Source: Octopus vulgaris (Eukaryota). Taken from it: a stretch of DNA of 64,000 nucleotides. The position numbers and the translations under genes were made by a program. The notes below the pieces were generated by a model that ran no database searches, had not been told where the DNA came from, and saw only the letters and a list, made by a program, of their open reading frames with translations. Shown in pieces: positions 41,131 through 52,911 of this stretch (its first letter is position 1; every line of letters begins with the position of its first letter). The DNA lies in contig OX597837.1 in NCBI GenBank assembly GCA_951406725.2, positions 22,196,001 to 22,260,000 of the forward strand, written 5' to 3'.

Positions 41131-41654
41131 ATATGGCAAATTGCGCAGCCGTAATTTGTCTGCCACTACATTCTGAGTTCAAATTCCGCCGAGGTCGACT
41201 TTGCCTTTCATCCTTTCGGGGTCGATTAAATAAGTACCAGTTACGCACTGGGGTCGATAAAATCAACTTAATCCGTTTGTCTGTCCTTGTTTGTCCTCTC
41301 TGTGTTTAGCCCCTTGTGGGTAATAAAGGAATAGGTATAAGACGACCTTAAAATACAAAGCTTGCCTAAGTTTAAGGATAGCCTAAGCGACAGTGTAAAA
41401 GTTACCATATCATATAAAATACCAGATATTAATTAAAGACGATATTATTAGAAATGTTATTTTACTTGCTGTATCCTTGAAAGTTAAGACATGAAACAAT
41501 ATATAGCATTAATGTAAATTTGTACAAAATGATGACACACATTCTTTAATGCTGTCGATTGTAACATCGTTAACAAAGGCGTGTTTATGTGGCTGAACTA
41601 TTTGAAATGTTCAAAGCAGCTGACGACTGATGAGATCATTATATCAACAAACAG

Positions 41655-41915
41655 CTTCTTCTTCTTCTTCTTCTTCTTCTTCTTCTTCTTCTTCTTCTTC
41701 TTCTTCTTCTTCTTCTTCTTCTTCTTCTTCTTCTTCTTCTTCTTCTTCTTCTTCTTCTTCTTCTTCTTCTTCTTCTTCTTCTTCTTCTTCTTCTTCTTCT
41801 TCTTCTTCTTCTTCTTCTCTTTCTTCTTCTTCTTCTTCTTCTCTTTCTTCTTCTCTTTCTTCTTCTTCTTCTTCTTCTCTTTCTTCTTCTTCTTCTTCTC
41901 TTTCTTCTTCTTCTT
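41655..41915. repeat. (CTT)n microsatellite
   Basis: Direct reading. Confidence 0.98.
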
Positions 41916-42999
41916 ATTATTAAGGCACTTCAACTACAGTGGTAGTTTTCGATTCTTTTTCTCCCTGATTCAATCTGTTCTTGACTCTACTACCAACCAG
42001 ATGCAATTCTTAAATATTTCTTATACTCAAACTACCAAACTACCCATGGAGCCGCCAAATAAACAACGAAAATACGAAGTAAGTTTTAAACTGAGAGTTA
42101 TCGAAGTTGCCAAGGCATCTAACGACTGTGCTGCCATGAGAACATTTGATACGACTGAGAAGGTGGTAAGAGATTGGAGAAAGAATGAAGATAATTCAAG
42201 AAACATGTCAAAACTGAAATGTGCAATGAAAAGAAGAAGCACTCGTTGGCCAGAGTCGCATATCCTGTTTGCAAGTGAGTACTTGAACTGAGACAAGATA
42301 GATACGTAGTAACACGAAATAAAATAAGATCATATGCATTGAAATGGGCAAAAGCCAGGACTTTAAAGCAACAATAGGCTGGTGCAGTCGTTTCATGAAT
42401 AGAAAGAATCTTGTGATACAACAAAAAACTAAAATCGCTCAAAAGCTACCAAGTGACCTTGGTCATAAAGTTACCAATTTTCATTGATTTATTATTGGGA
42501 TGAGGCAAAGTCATCAGTTTCGTATGTCATGTATCAGAAATATGGATGAGATCCCATTAAACTTTGACATGATGGGTGATAGAATAGTTGATATGAAAGG
42601 TGCCAAAACCATGCCTGTTAGAGGCACGGGTCATGAAAAGACAAGATTTAATGTCGTATTATCGTGCATGGCTAACGGAATGAAACTGAAACCCATGGTA
42701 ATTTTTCAGCAAAAAACTAAGCCTAAAATGAATTTTCCTTCTGGTGTATTTCTTCGTTTTCATGAAAAAAGATAGATGGATGAGAATGGCATAAAATTGT
42801 GGATAGAAAATATTTGGAGCATACATCCAGTTGGGATAAAAAAGGAAAGAAGTCTATTGGTTTGGGATATGTTTCAGAGCCACATAACAGAGAACACTAA
42901 GGCCAGATCACCACAAAATGATACCGATATTGCAGTTATACCTGGCGGTCTGACCTCTTTACTGCAGCCACTAGATGTCAGTCTAAACAAACCATTTAA

Positions 43000-43220
43000 C
43001 CCTTTCGTTACTGAATTTATTTTGAGATGCTCAGTGTTTCTTCCAATTATTTTAAATATAACAAAGAATTAAGTAAAATAACATAGTTATCATTAAGCTA
43101 GAGTTAGGGACATAAATTGTGACTAAGGTTTGGTGGAAGGTTTTAATTCAGAACTTTTGAAAACCAAACATTTGTACTAAAGAGCCAGAGCTGGTTTCAG
43201 CCGGGTTGGTAACGAAAGGA
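43000..43220. mobile_element. piggyBac-type MITE (221 bp, TTAA TSD) inside the pogo transposase
   Basis: TTAA-CCCTTTCGTTAC...GTAACGAAAGGA-TTAA; removal restores NKPF|KDNVREEW. Confidence 0.9.
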
Positions 43221-43544
43221 TTAAAGATAATGTGAGAGAGGAATGGAGCAATTGGATGCTGCATGGAAAGAAATCTTTTACAAAAGGCGGAGCTATGCGT
43301 GCTGCTTCCTTGGATGTTTTGTGTGAGTTTGTTATAAAGGTATGGAGAAACGTGAAGAAAGAAAGTATAGTGAGATCATTCAAAAAATGCGGTGTCTCTA
43401 ATGCAATGGATGACATGCTGTATGAGAGTGAAGATGAAACCGGTAGACTCACTAGATTCTAACTGGGACCCTTACGATGAAACTGTAAATGATGATTTGC
43501 TTGACGAACTTTTTGGGGTCAGATGATGATGATTGTAGCAATTT

Positions 43545-43760
43545 TAATAATAATAATAATAATAATTGTGTACCGTGCTCAGGTGCACTACAACTCATCT
43601 AAAGTGTATATATAATCAGGTGTAGTTTCGGCGGATTTCGGAAAGCATGAGGGCCTTAAAGGATGCAGTGTCATGGCAGTCAACAACTGACGCAGGCAGT
43701 TTATTCCATGCTTCAGCAACTCTGAGCGTGAAAAAATGTTTCCGAAAGTCATGGGAGGAT
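43545..43760 (-). mobile_element. CR1-type LINE 3' end
   Basis: RKHFFTLRVAEAWNKLPASVV..SFK plus (TAT)n tail. Confidence 0.75.
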
Positions 43761-44188
43761 TAAAAGTCATTTGAAGGATTAAATGTTTGAAACATATCTA
43801 AATAACAATGTGTGTGTGGTATTTTTTGTATTATTTTTATTAAAATTGATAATCTTAGTAAAACATGTTTTGTAATACTTTTTATTAAAATTTGTAATCT
43901 TAGTGAGAAAAAAAGATTTTTCTGTGGATTGTAGATTTTTAGGTGATGGCAGTTCTATTACATTATTAGTGTCACATATTAATGTCAATTGTTTTAAATA
44001 TAAGTACTTACATCGGTAGTTACTGCACAGAGGCTGTTGTCAGTATTAAATTAAGGTTAGGCCTGGTTTTCTGTACAAATTCACCACAAGATGTAAAGTT
44101 CACATTTTGTTCCTGTTATATAAGACAACCCTCAATTTTGGTGTGATTTTTGGGGTCTAAAAGGTTGTCTTATACCCCAAAATATATG

Positions 44189-44233
<45 letters not shown>

Positions 44234-45463
44234 TGTGGGGAAACAATAAGTTCAAGTAGAACAATTCAAACTTTTTGAGGAGTCCAAAAAGAGGAAATAT
44301 TTCTAATAAATATTCATCATATCCAACATCTCTTCTCCATTTTTCTTATTGTTTGTAGTGTAACTTTTTGCTGTATATATATACATACATACATATATAT
44401 ATATATAAAATACAAAATGGGACAAGAACGCAAAACATCGGTACAGCTAGGTGATACAAAAATGAGACAACAAAACACCCAGATAGACGATACAAAGAAA
44501 ACAAGGATGGGTCATTCGAAGATTTCTATCCTCAGTCAAGCACCAGATTATCCTTGCAATTTCAGCTGATTATTCTTGAGATTGCTCCAATCTGGCCATC
44601 CCCAAGGAAAAACTAAGCATTAGATTCCTTGGAAGAAAGCAGCGAATATATACAAAAACAAGGACGGGAAAAGGGACAAAGTTACACAAATATAAATGCA
44701 ATAATAAATACAATAAAAACAGGACATAACAACAGGTGTCTTTCGACTAAGGATGAATTGAATTAAGCTGGTGTGTGTGGAAATGAGGCCTTACGGCAGA
44801 AATACAAAAGTTTCACAAACACAGGGAAGAATATTGATGTTGTGCATGCATGCACACACATACACATACATGAGGGTGCATGGCTCAGTGGTTATAGTGT
44901 CAGGCTTACAATGTTGAGGTTGGGAGTTCAATTCCCAGACGGGGTTGTGTGTTGTGTGCTTGAGCAAGAGACTTGTCCAAGATGCTACACTGTGAAACTG
45001 AACCCAGAAGATCTTTCTTTTACTTGTTTCAGTCATTTGATTATGGCCATGCCTTGAAGAATTTTCAATTGAATGAATCGACTCCACTACCTATTATTTT
45101 AATATTTTAAAACCTGAAACTTATCTTATTAGTTTCTTTTGTCATACAAAGAAGTTACAGGGATGTAAACCCACCAACACCAGTTGTCCAGTGGTGGTGG
45201 TGGGGGACTGGTACAGACACAAAGACACACACACATATATAATATATACAATGAGTTTCTTTCAGCTTCCGTTTACAAAATCCACTCACAAGGCTTTGTT
45301 GACCTGAGGCTATAGAAGAAGATAGTATTTATAAAATGTTTCTTTATCATTGTTTCTCTCTCTTTATTGCTGGATTTCTCTCTCTATTCACTGAAAGAAC
45401 CAAAGCTATCATCCAAGGAAACTATTGATAAGCTGTCTTACCTAAAGAAAGCATTCAATTTAA

Positions 45464-46207
45464 CCCTTTAGCATCTAAACTGGCCATATCCAGTCTAAAT
45501 ATTCAACCTGTTTTATGTTTGAACTAATCAAATCTGACCCTCATACTTATCCAACTACCGTAAATCCTTGAGTATAGTCTGCCCTTGAGTATAATACGCA
45601 GGGGATTTTTAGGGGGCTGTACCTCTGAAAAACATACAACTTGTGTATAATACGCACCCTTTCTCTAATTTAAATCGTGCGTAATTAAACCAGCAGCACC
45701 TAGTCGAACAAACACTTCCGTGCGTGTGTAATACAATAATGGTGATGTTCTTAACTGTTATATGGGAATGTAAATATGTTTGCAAATTGTTTTTGTTACA
45801 TGTTATTCTGTGTTCTGAATACTTTTATTTTAATAAATGTTGCTTACTGCAAGTCATGGATGATTCTTTTATGACTTCATTGCTTTCAGACTTAGCTTAA
45901 GGTATTTTTGCGCCCGACATCACAAAATGCGTCTGAATAAACATTGCTGGACAGCAAATAGAGACTTGGACATTGCTTAGGAAATATTTTTCATTTTTAA
46001 CCTCATATATAGTACACACTAGGGATTTTGACCTTTAAAATTTTGGGGAAAAAATGCGGATTATATACGAGGATTTATGGTATGTCATTCTAAAAATATA
46101 CATTCATATCATTGAAAACCCTAAACAACAAAATAATGTATGATTAATTCAAAACAGTATGAATAAATAGGCATTACGCTTGACAGAATAATCTAAATGT
46201 TAAAAGG
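45464..46207. mobile_element. Second TTAA/CCC (piggyBac-type) MITE family with a nested pogo MITE at 45558-46080
   Basis: TTAA-CCCTTTAGCAT...ATGTTAAAAGG; inner element has TA-CCGTAAATCC..GGATTTATGG-TA; partial relative at ~58016-58134. Confidence 0.7.
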
Positions 46208-46467
46208 TTCAGGTGTGAAAATAAGATAACTTTTTATTCTTTTAGGTGAGCACAGTTCTGAGATTTCATCATTAAATGATGAGAATTTTCTATGTGAGGA
46301 ATGTATTCAATTAAAGTGACCCAAGTATATAACTGGTTATTACTGTCAGATCTGAAACCAGAGAGCTGAGTAATGAGACTAAATACTCTATAAGTACTTA
46401 GTCTGGTGATGATGACGGTGGTGGTGACAGTGATGGTTATGTAATGTTGTTCTTTTTTTCCTTTCAG

Positions 46468-46578
46468 AATATATTGTCATTAAACCCATTGACACCTCGT
46501 TTTGCCAATGTGAAAGCAACAACTGAGACCAAAAAAGAGAAAAAACTATGGAAGAGAAATGACGACAAAAATTGCAAT
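46468..46578 (+). CDS. DPYD: DPYD exon 2 (NILSLNPLTPRFANVKATTETKKEKKLWKRNDDKNCN)
   Basis: Polypyrimidine-CAG acceptor, GTGAG donor, 111 nt; matches DPYD xILxLNP...WKRNxDKNC. Confidence 0.93.
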
Positions 46579-46849
46579 GTGAGTTGAATTTGAGTTTTCG
46601 GTCAGTAACAGGATCTTATATTTAACTATAGATTGTAGATATTCCACTTATAGACAACTTGATCTTGTATTTAACTTTACTAACTCCCTTCCTTTCTGTT
46701 CTCTCTGATTTCTGCCTCTGATTCATTGTTTCTGTGTCTTTATCCATCAGTATTCGTCTCTTCAGTTGGTGGTACATGTATTTATTACACACATGTGAGT
46801 GAGAACACTTTGAGATATTTTTGGTATCTAACATATGTCAGATACTGCG

Positions 46850-47190
46850 AGCGCTGCTTCTGATTGGTCAATCCATGGTGATGACCCGAGGTCACGGTGA
46901 CAGCGCTGCTTCAGATTGGTCAATCCATGGTGATGACCTGAGGTCATGGTGACGGCACTACTTTTGTCATTCATAAGTTACAACTAAACGTGAAGAATTT
47001 AGTTATTGGGTTAATAAAATATGGTCGTTTATTTGTGTGTAATAAATAAAATACCAAACTCATTCCCTATGGATACCGTATTTATTACAACGAGTGGCTT
47101 GTAAACATATCTAACTCGCTTTCGCTCGTTAGATACGTTTACAAGCCACTCGTAATAAATACGGTATCCATAGGGAACTCGTTTGGTATT
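46850..47190. mobile_element. Non-autonomous element with two ~53-bp CCAAT-containing repeats and a ~140-bp hairpin (47050-47190)
   Basis: AGCGCTGCTTC.GATTGGTCAATCCATGG twice; palindrome centred on ACTCGCTTTCGCTCGT. Confidence 0.55.
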
Positions 47191-48466
47191 CTCTATGTGT
47201 CTCTAGCAGTAATATTTGGTGATTCCAAAAGCACCTAGGAATTGAAACTGGATTGCTATGTCCATCAACCAGGATTTTTGATTGGGATTAATAATGTTAA
47301 CACATGACTGACCAGTCAGATCTTTGGCAGAGATCACTGTATCAACATGCATGCTATTTGTTCAATTATTGGTGACATCATTAAGGAACTGCCTACTTGG
47401 ACTGCTGTGAAACAGGATCATATCAGCAAGCTGTTTCTTGCACTTCTTTTTCATCAACAGAAACTATAAATACAATTCTCTTGCCACTAGCAAGTAGTGG
47501 TGACATATGCCTGTCATACTACCAGACAGACCACTCACACTACAGTCATTTCTAGCGCACAGTTTACTTCATAAATTGTTGAACTGTTTTGAACTTGGTG
47601 TAAAAGTTCTTCTGTCATAGATCATGATGGTAATACATTATTTAGTTTAACAATATAATAAACGTTTTGTATGTAGAACATATAACAGAATTTGTGTTCT
47701 TGCATTCATTGATATCAATTCAATTCAACTCAACTCAACCAAATTGTTTCACTGGTGACCACTAAAAACAGAAATATTCTTATTGTTACATTCCTGTATG
47801 TGTGTGAGGGTCATGTGAAGGCTCATGGCTCACTGGTTAGAGTGTCAGGCTCACAATCATGAGGTAATGAGTTTGATTCTCAGCTGGAGCTATGTGTTGT
47901 GTTCTTGAGCAAGACACTTTATTTCATGTTGCTCAGGTTCACTCAGGTGTAGAAATGAGTTGCAACATCATGGCCTTTACCTTTCCCTTGAATAACATCA
48001 ATGGTATGAAGAGGAGAGGCTGGTATGCGTGGGCAACTGCTGGTCTTCCAGACTTGTTCCTCAGAGGGTAATTTTCAAGGTGCAATCCCCATGGTCATTC
48101 ATGACCGAAGGGAGTCCTTCCCTTTCCCTATGTAGGGACACCAGTGCTTGAACATGTGTTGAACCATTCTTCTTTTTCTGATCCCTTGTCCCATTATCAC
48201 ATACATGTACCTTGGTATATGTCTGTGAGTGAATAAATATATGTGTATGTATGTATATTTGTTGTGAGTGTGTATATGCCTGTCTGGATGTTAGCATGTG
48301 TTTTGAATCTTGTGTGTGTAGGCTTTGTGTGCATATCTATGTGTAAGTGTGCATGTGTGCATCAGAGTATGTTGTATGCTAACCACATGAAATTCAAGAA
48401 ATTCAAGAGTTCCCGTATTATTGTTATTGTTGCTGTTGTTGTCGTTATTGCTGAGTTATTGCTATA

Positions 48467-48498
<32 letters not shown>

Positions 48499-48741
48499 GA
48501 AGGTGGCAAGCTGGCAGAATCATTTGCATGCTGGGCAAAATGTTCAGTGATATTTTGTCTATCGCTACGTTCTGAGTACAAAATCCTCCAGGGTCAACTT
48601 TGCCCTTTATCCTTTCAGGGTCGATAAATTAAGTACCAGTGAAACACTGGGGTCGATGTAATCGACTAGTCCCCTCCTCCCCAAATTCCAGGACTTGTGC
48701 TTATAGTTGAAAGGATTATTATTATTATTATTATTATTATT

Positions 48742-48932
48742 ACGGAGATGTACTCGCATAGCAAGTGATTTGATCTGAGATCGTGTGCTGAAACGAAAAC
48801 AATTGCAGCGTGGAAGGTGTTTGTAAGCCATTTAAGAAACGCACAAAAACCGTTCGATTCACTTCAACATTTAAGTTTAATTTGTCAAAATATTTTTGTC
48901 GCTTTAAGACCGTGACCTGTTCACTGACAAAA
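48742..48932 (-). mobile_element. Penelope-like remnant with G3-C8 hammerhead motif
   Basis: Minus strand GTCA-GTGAACA-G-GTCAC..GCGAC-AAAA-ATAT-TT-TGAC, flanked by (TAT)n. Confidence 0.5.
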
Positions 48933-49689
48933 ATTATTATTATTATTATTATTATTTATCAAGGTGGCGAGCTGACAGAATCGTTAGCACATGGGACAAA
49001 ATGCTTGGCTGCCTTTTGCCCATCTTTATGTGTTCTGAGTTCAAATTCTGCCGAGGTCGACTTTGCCTTTTATCCTTTCAGGGTCGATAAAATAAGTACC
49101 AGTTAAACACTGGGGTTCGATGTTATCAACTTATCACCAGTACCATCTTCCAGCAAAGAGACAATCTGAAAACAACCTAGATGCCTCTCCAATCAAAACA
49201 CTGGTATCAACTAGACTACAAAATTGCTGGCCTTGTGCCAAAAATTAAAACCATTATTATTATCAGTTAGGTGGCAAGCTGGCAGAATCATTAGCATGCT
49301 GAAAAAAATGGTTAGCAGTAATCATCCGTTCTGAGTTCAAATTCTGCTGAAGTTGATTTTGTTTATCATCCTTTCAGGGTGAATAAAATGAAGTACTAGT
49401 TGAGTACTAAGGTCGATGTAATCAACTTACTTGCTCCCCACAAACTGTTGACTGCTAGGTTGTCTGGTCCACCATGTGAAATCACATCTTACCTGTCAAC
49501 TTCAACCTGTGAACTGCAAAATCAGTGTAGCCCCCCCCCCCAACCACCCATCTGTTCTCACTTTGAAGTTATATTTATCCTCTTCATCCCTTTCATCCCA
49601 AAGCCATGTAATGACTTTCATATATCTATAGTTATGAAACTTGAAGTAATGCAGGACTGAGTCGGTTAATACATGCATGTACGTATGTA

Positions 49690-49720
<31 letters not shown>

Positions 49721-49770
49721 ATGCATGCATGCATGCATTTATGTAAATATGATATATATATATATATATA

Positions 49771-49941
49771 TACTAAGTAATTAAGGGTTTAGCAACGATT
49801 TGCCTCACCACACACCGAATTTAGAAATTCTTTAGAAATTCTTTCTACTAAGTAGAAAGAATAGCCAAGACTCTTTGACTGCTATTTCTAAATTCGGTGT
49901 GTGGTGAGGCAAATCGTTGCTAAACCCTTAATTACTTAGTA
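49771..49941. repeat. Perfect 58-bp inverted repeat
   Basis: 49771-49828 equals the reverse complement of 49884-49941. Confidence 0.9.
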
Positions 49942-50125
49942 TTACTTAAACCTTCCTTGAATGGGGCTTTTACATGCCGAAATCTACTTGGTGAAATTAA
50001 TGATTATTCCAAATTAATTGGTTTCACCCTATATTATTATTGATATATATATATATATATATATATTTCGTTTTGGGATTTGGTTTGCAAGATTCTTTAT
50101 ATGAGTTCGTGTGTTGAAGCATATT

Positions 50126-50395
50126 CTGTTGTGTCTGGGGAGAGTCATTTTCCTTTAGTACCTTATTATTTAACACACTCACCGGCAAAATTTCCACTCA
50201 TTTCGTCTTTTTATTTTCCTAAAATTTTCGTTGCATCTTGCAACCTTTTCAATAGTCTTGACTCTCTACTGAAAAGATTGCAAGACGCAACGAAAATTTT
50301 AGGAAAATAAAAAGACGAAATAAGTGGAAATTTTACCAGTGAGTGTGTTAAATAATAAGGTACTAAAAGAGAATGACTCTCCCCAGACACAACAG
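50126..50395. repeat. ~130-bp-arm hairpin (Penelope-like terminal inversion)
   Basis: CTGTTGTGTCTGGGGAGAGTCATT... and ...AATGACTCTCCCCAGACACAACAG; short loop. Confidence 0.85.
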
Positions 50396-50424
50396 TATAT
50401 ATATATATATATATATGACTATAT

Positions 50425-52533
50425 AGTATAATAGTCAACTGCTACAAAGGTAAAGGTGATGCCCTAGATACAAATAACTACAGAGGTATCAAGCTGTTGG
50501 ACCAGGTGATGAAGGTTACGGAGAGGGTCATAGCCCAACTAATTAGAGAGAGAGTTAGTTTAGATGAGATGCAGTTTGGGTTTGTGCCAGGGAAAAGTAC
50601 TACTGATGCTATATTCCTGGTAAGGCAGCTGCAGGAGAAATACCTAGCCAAAGATAAGCCCCTGTACCTGGCTTTTGTTGACATGGAGAAAGCCTTCGAC
50701 AGGGTCCCCCGATCCCTTATCTGGTGGGCAATGAGGAAACTAGGGATAGATGAATGGTTAGTGAGAGCTGTGCGGGCCATGTACAGGGACGCCGCTAGTA
50801 GGGTGAGGGTTGGAAATGTGTACAGTGAAGAATTCCGGGTAGAGGTAGGAGTCCACCAAGGCTCAGTACTCAGCCCCCTCCTATTTATCATAGTCCTCCA
50901 GGCAATAACGGAGGAATTCAAGACAGGATGCCCTTGGGAGCTCCTCTATGCTGATGACCTTGCTCTAATTGCTGAGTCGCTATCAGAACTGGAGGAGAAG
51001 TTTCAGGTGTGGAAACAAGGATTAGAATCGAAGGGCCTCAGAGTCAATCTAGCTAAAACCAAAGTCGTAATCAGTAAGGAAGGTAGACAAATCACAAACA
51101 CCTTCAGGTAGATGGCCCTGCTCGATCTGTAGAAAAGGTGTAGGTAGAAACTCTATAAGATGCACCAAGTGTAAGCTATGGACACATAAGAGATGCAGCA
51201 ATGTCAAAGGAAGGCTAACTAGGAAGATGGTTTTTGTATGTGGCAGATGCTCAGGAACAATAAACACTGAAAATGCTCTGAGACCAACTTCCGTCACTTT
51301 CCAGGGAGAAAAACTAGAAATAGTTGATAGTTTCCGTTACCTAGGTGACCAAGTCAGCAGCGGGGGCGGGTGTGCTGAAAGTGTAACTGCTAGAGTAAGA
51401 ATAGCTTGGGCAAAGTTCAGAGAGCTCTTACCTCTACTGGTGACAAAAGGCCTCTCGCACAGAGTGAAAGGCAGACTGTATGATGCGTGTGTACGAACAG
51501 CCATGCTACATGGCAGTGAAACATGGGCCGTGACTGCTGAGGATATGCGTAAGCTCGCTAGAAATGAAGCCAGTATGCTCCGATGGATGTGTAATGCCGG
51601 TACTCACACTCGGCAGAGTGTAAGTACCTTGAGAGAAAAGCTGGACCTAAGAAGCATCAGTTGTGGTGTGCAAGAGAGACGTTTGCGCTGGTATGGTCAT
51701 GTGGCGAGAATGGATGAAGATAGTTGTGTGAAAAAGTGCCACACCCTAGCGGTTGAGGGAACCTGTGGAAGAGGCAGACCCAGGAAAACCTGGGACGAGG
51801 TGGTGAAGCACGACCTTCGAACTTTAGGTCTCACTGAGGAAATGACTAGAGACCGAGACCTCTGGAAGTGTGCTGTGCGCGAGAAGACCCGGCAGGACAA
51901 GTGAGTCCATAACCCGTGGCCTTCTACATGGGATGGAGCCAGCCTACGTATGCATACCTTCCCTTCTTGGGACACAAAACTCTACTTGTGAAGACGTGAT
52001 GAGGCAAGTGAGGATCAGAATCGAAATCGATCAATGGAAATTGCGGATGTGCTACCAGTGCCGGTGGCATGTCAAAACTCTGCTTGTGAAGACCCGTTGA
52101 GGCAAGTGACGATCAGAATCGAAATCGATCAATGGAAATCGATCAATGGAAATCGATCAATGGAAATTGCAGATGTGTTACCAGTGCCGGTGGCATGTAA
52201 GAGAACTTTCCGTTTCGCGACCGTTGCCAGCACCGCCCCGTTTCGTGTCCGTTGCCAGCCTCGCCTGGCCCTCGTGCCGGTGGCACATAAAAAGCACCAT
52301 CCGTTCGTGGCCGTTTGCCAGCTCTGTCTGGCACCAGTGCGGGTGGCACGTAAAAAGCACCCACTACACTCACGTAGTGGTTGGCGTTAGGAAGGGCATC
52401 CAGCCGTAGAAACACTGCCAGATTTGACTGGGCCTGATGAAGCCTTCTGGCTTCACAGACCCCAGTAGAACCGTCCAACCCATGCTAGCATGGAAAACGG
52501 ACGCTAAACGATGATGATGATGATGATGATGAT
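50425..52533 (+). mobile_element. Young 5'-truncated RTE-clade LINE (RT, PHD-like finger, long 3' UTR, (GAT)n tail)
   Basis: NYRGIKLL, QFGF, FVDMEKAFD, GVHQGSVLSP, LLYADD; one frameshift near 51080; stop at 51904. The 3' UTR matches short copies at 40670-40918, 52543-52672 and 58300-58750. Confidence 0.95.
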
Positions 52534-52711
52534 ATAAAGCATGTAAAAAGCACCCACTACACTCTTGGAGTGGTTGGTATTAGAAAGAGCATCCAGCTGT
52601 AGAAACCTTGCCAGATCAGATTGGAGACTGGTGCCAGCATGGAAAGCAAATGTTAAACGGTGATGATGATGATATATATATATTGTAATCTGTATATTCT
52701 TCCTTTTGTAG

Positions 52712-52794
52712 TCATGCCACAATTATTTCAAAGACTTCAGTGACATCAAACCCACCACCTTAAGTGAAAGAGCTGCTCTCAGGGAAGCAGGAAG
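52712..52794 (+). CDS. DPYD: DPYD exon 3 (SCHNYFKDFSDIKPTTLSERAALREAG-R)
   Basis: TAG acceptor, GTTAGT donor, 83 nt; matches FDDIKHTTLGERGALREA. Confidence 0.93.
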
Positions 52795-52911
52795 GTTAGT
52801 GATGTTATATTTAAACCTATTTTTACAACCCTGCCGACCAGATATTTTGTTTTAATCCTTTCATTCTTTTATGCTTTTGGCATTAGACTGTGGCCATGCT
52901 GGGGCAAGCAG

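Larger units (their letters stand above)
41336..44189 (+). mobile_element. pogo (POGK/Passer-like) transposon with decayed transposase at ~42047-43460
   Basis: Brinker-like DBD YEVSFKLRVIE..VRDWRK; NMDEIPLNFDM, TGHEKTRF, LLVWDMF.SH, IPGGLTSLLQPLDVSLNKPF; TATAAGAC.ACC / GGTTGTCTTATA termini. Confidence 0.88.

Noticed and set aside
44540-44615. Further hammerhead-like motifs (also ~29490-29530, ~39530-39570 and ~12270-12320)
   Set aside because: Cores are too degenerate to support; they may be decayed Penelope remnants.
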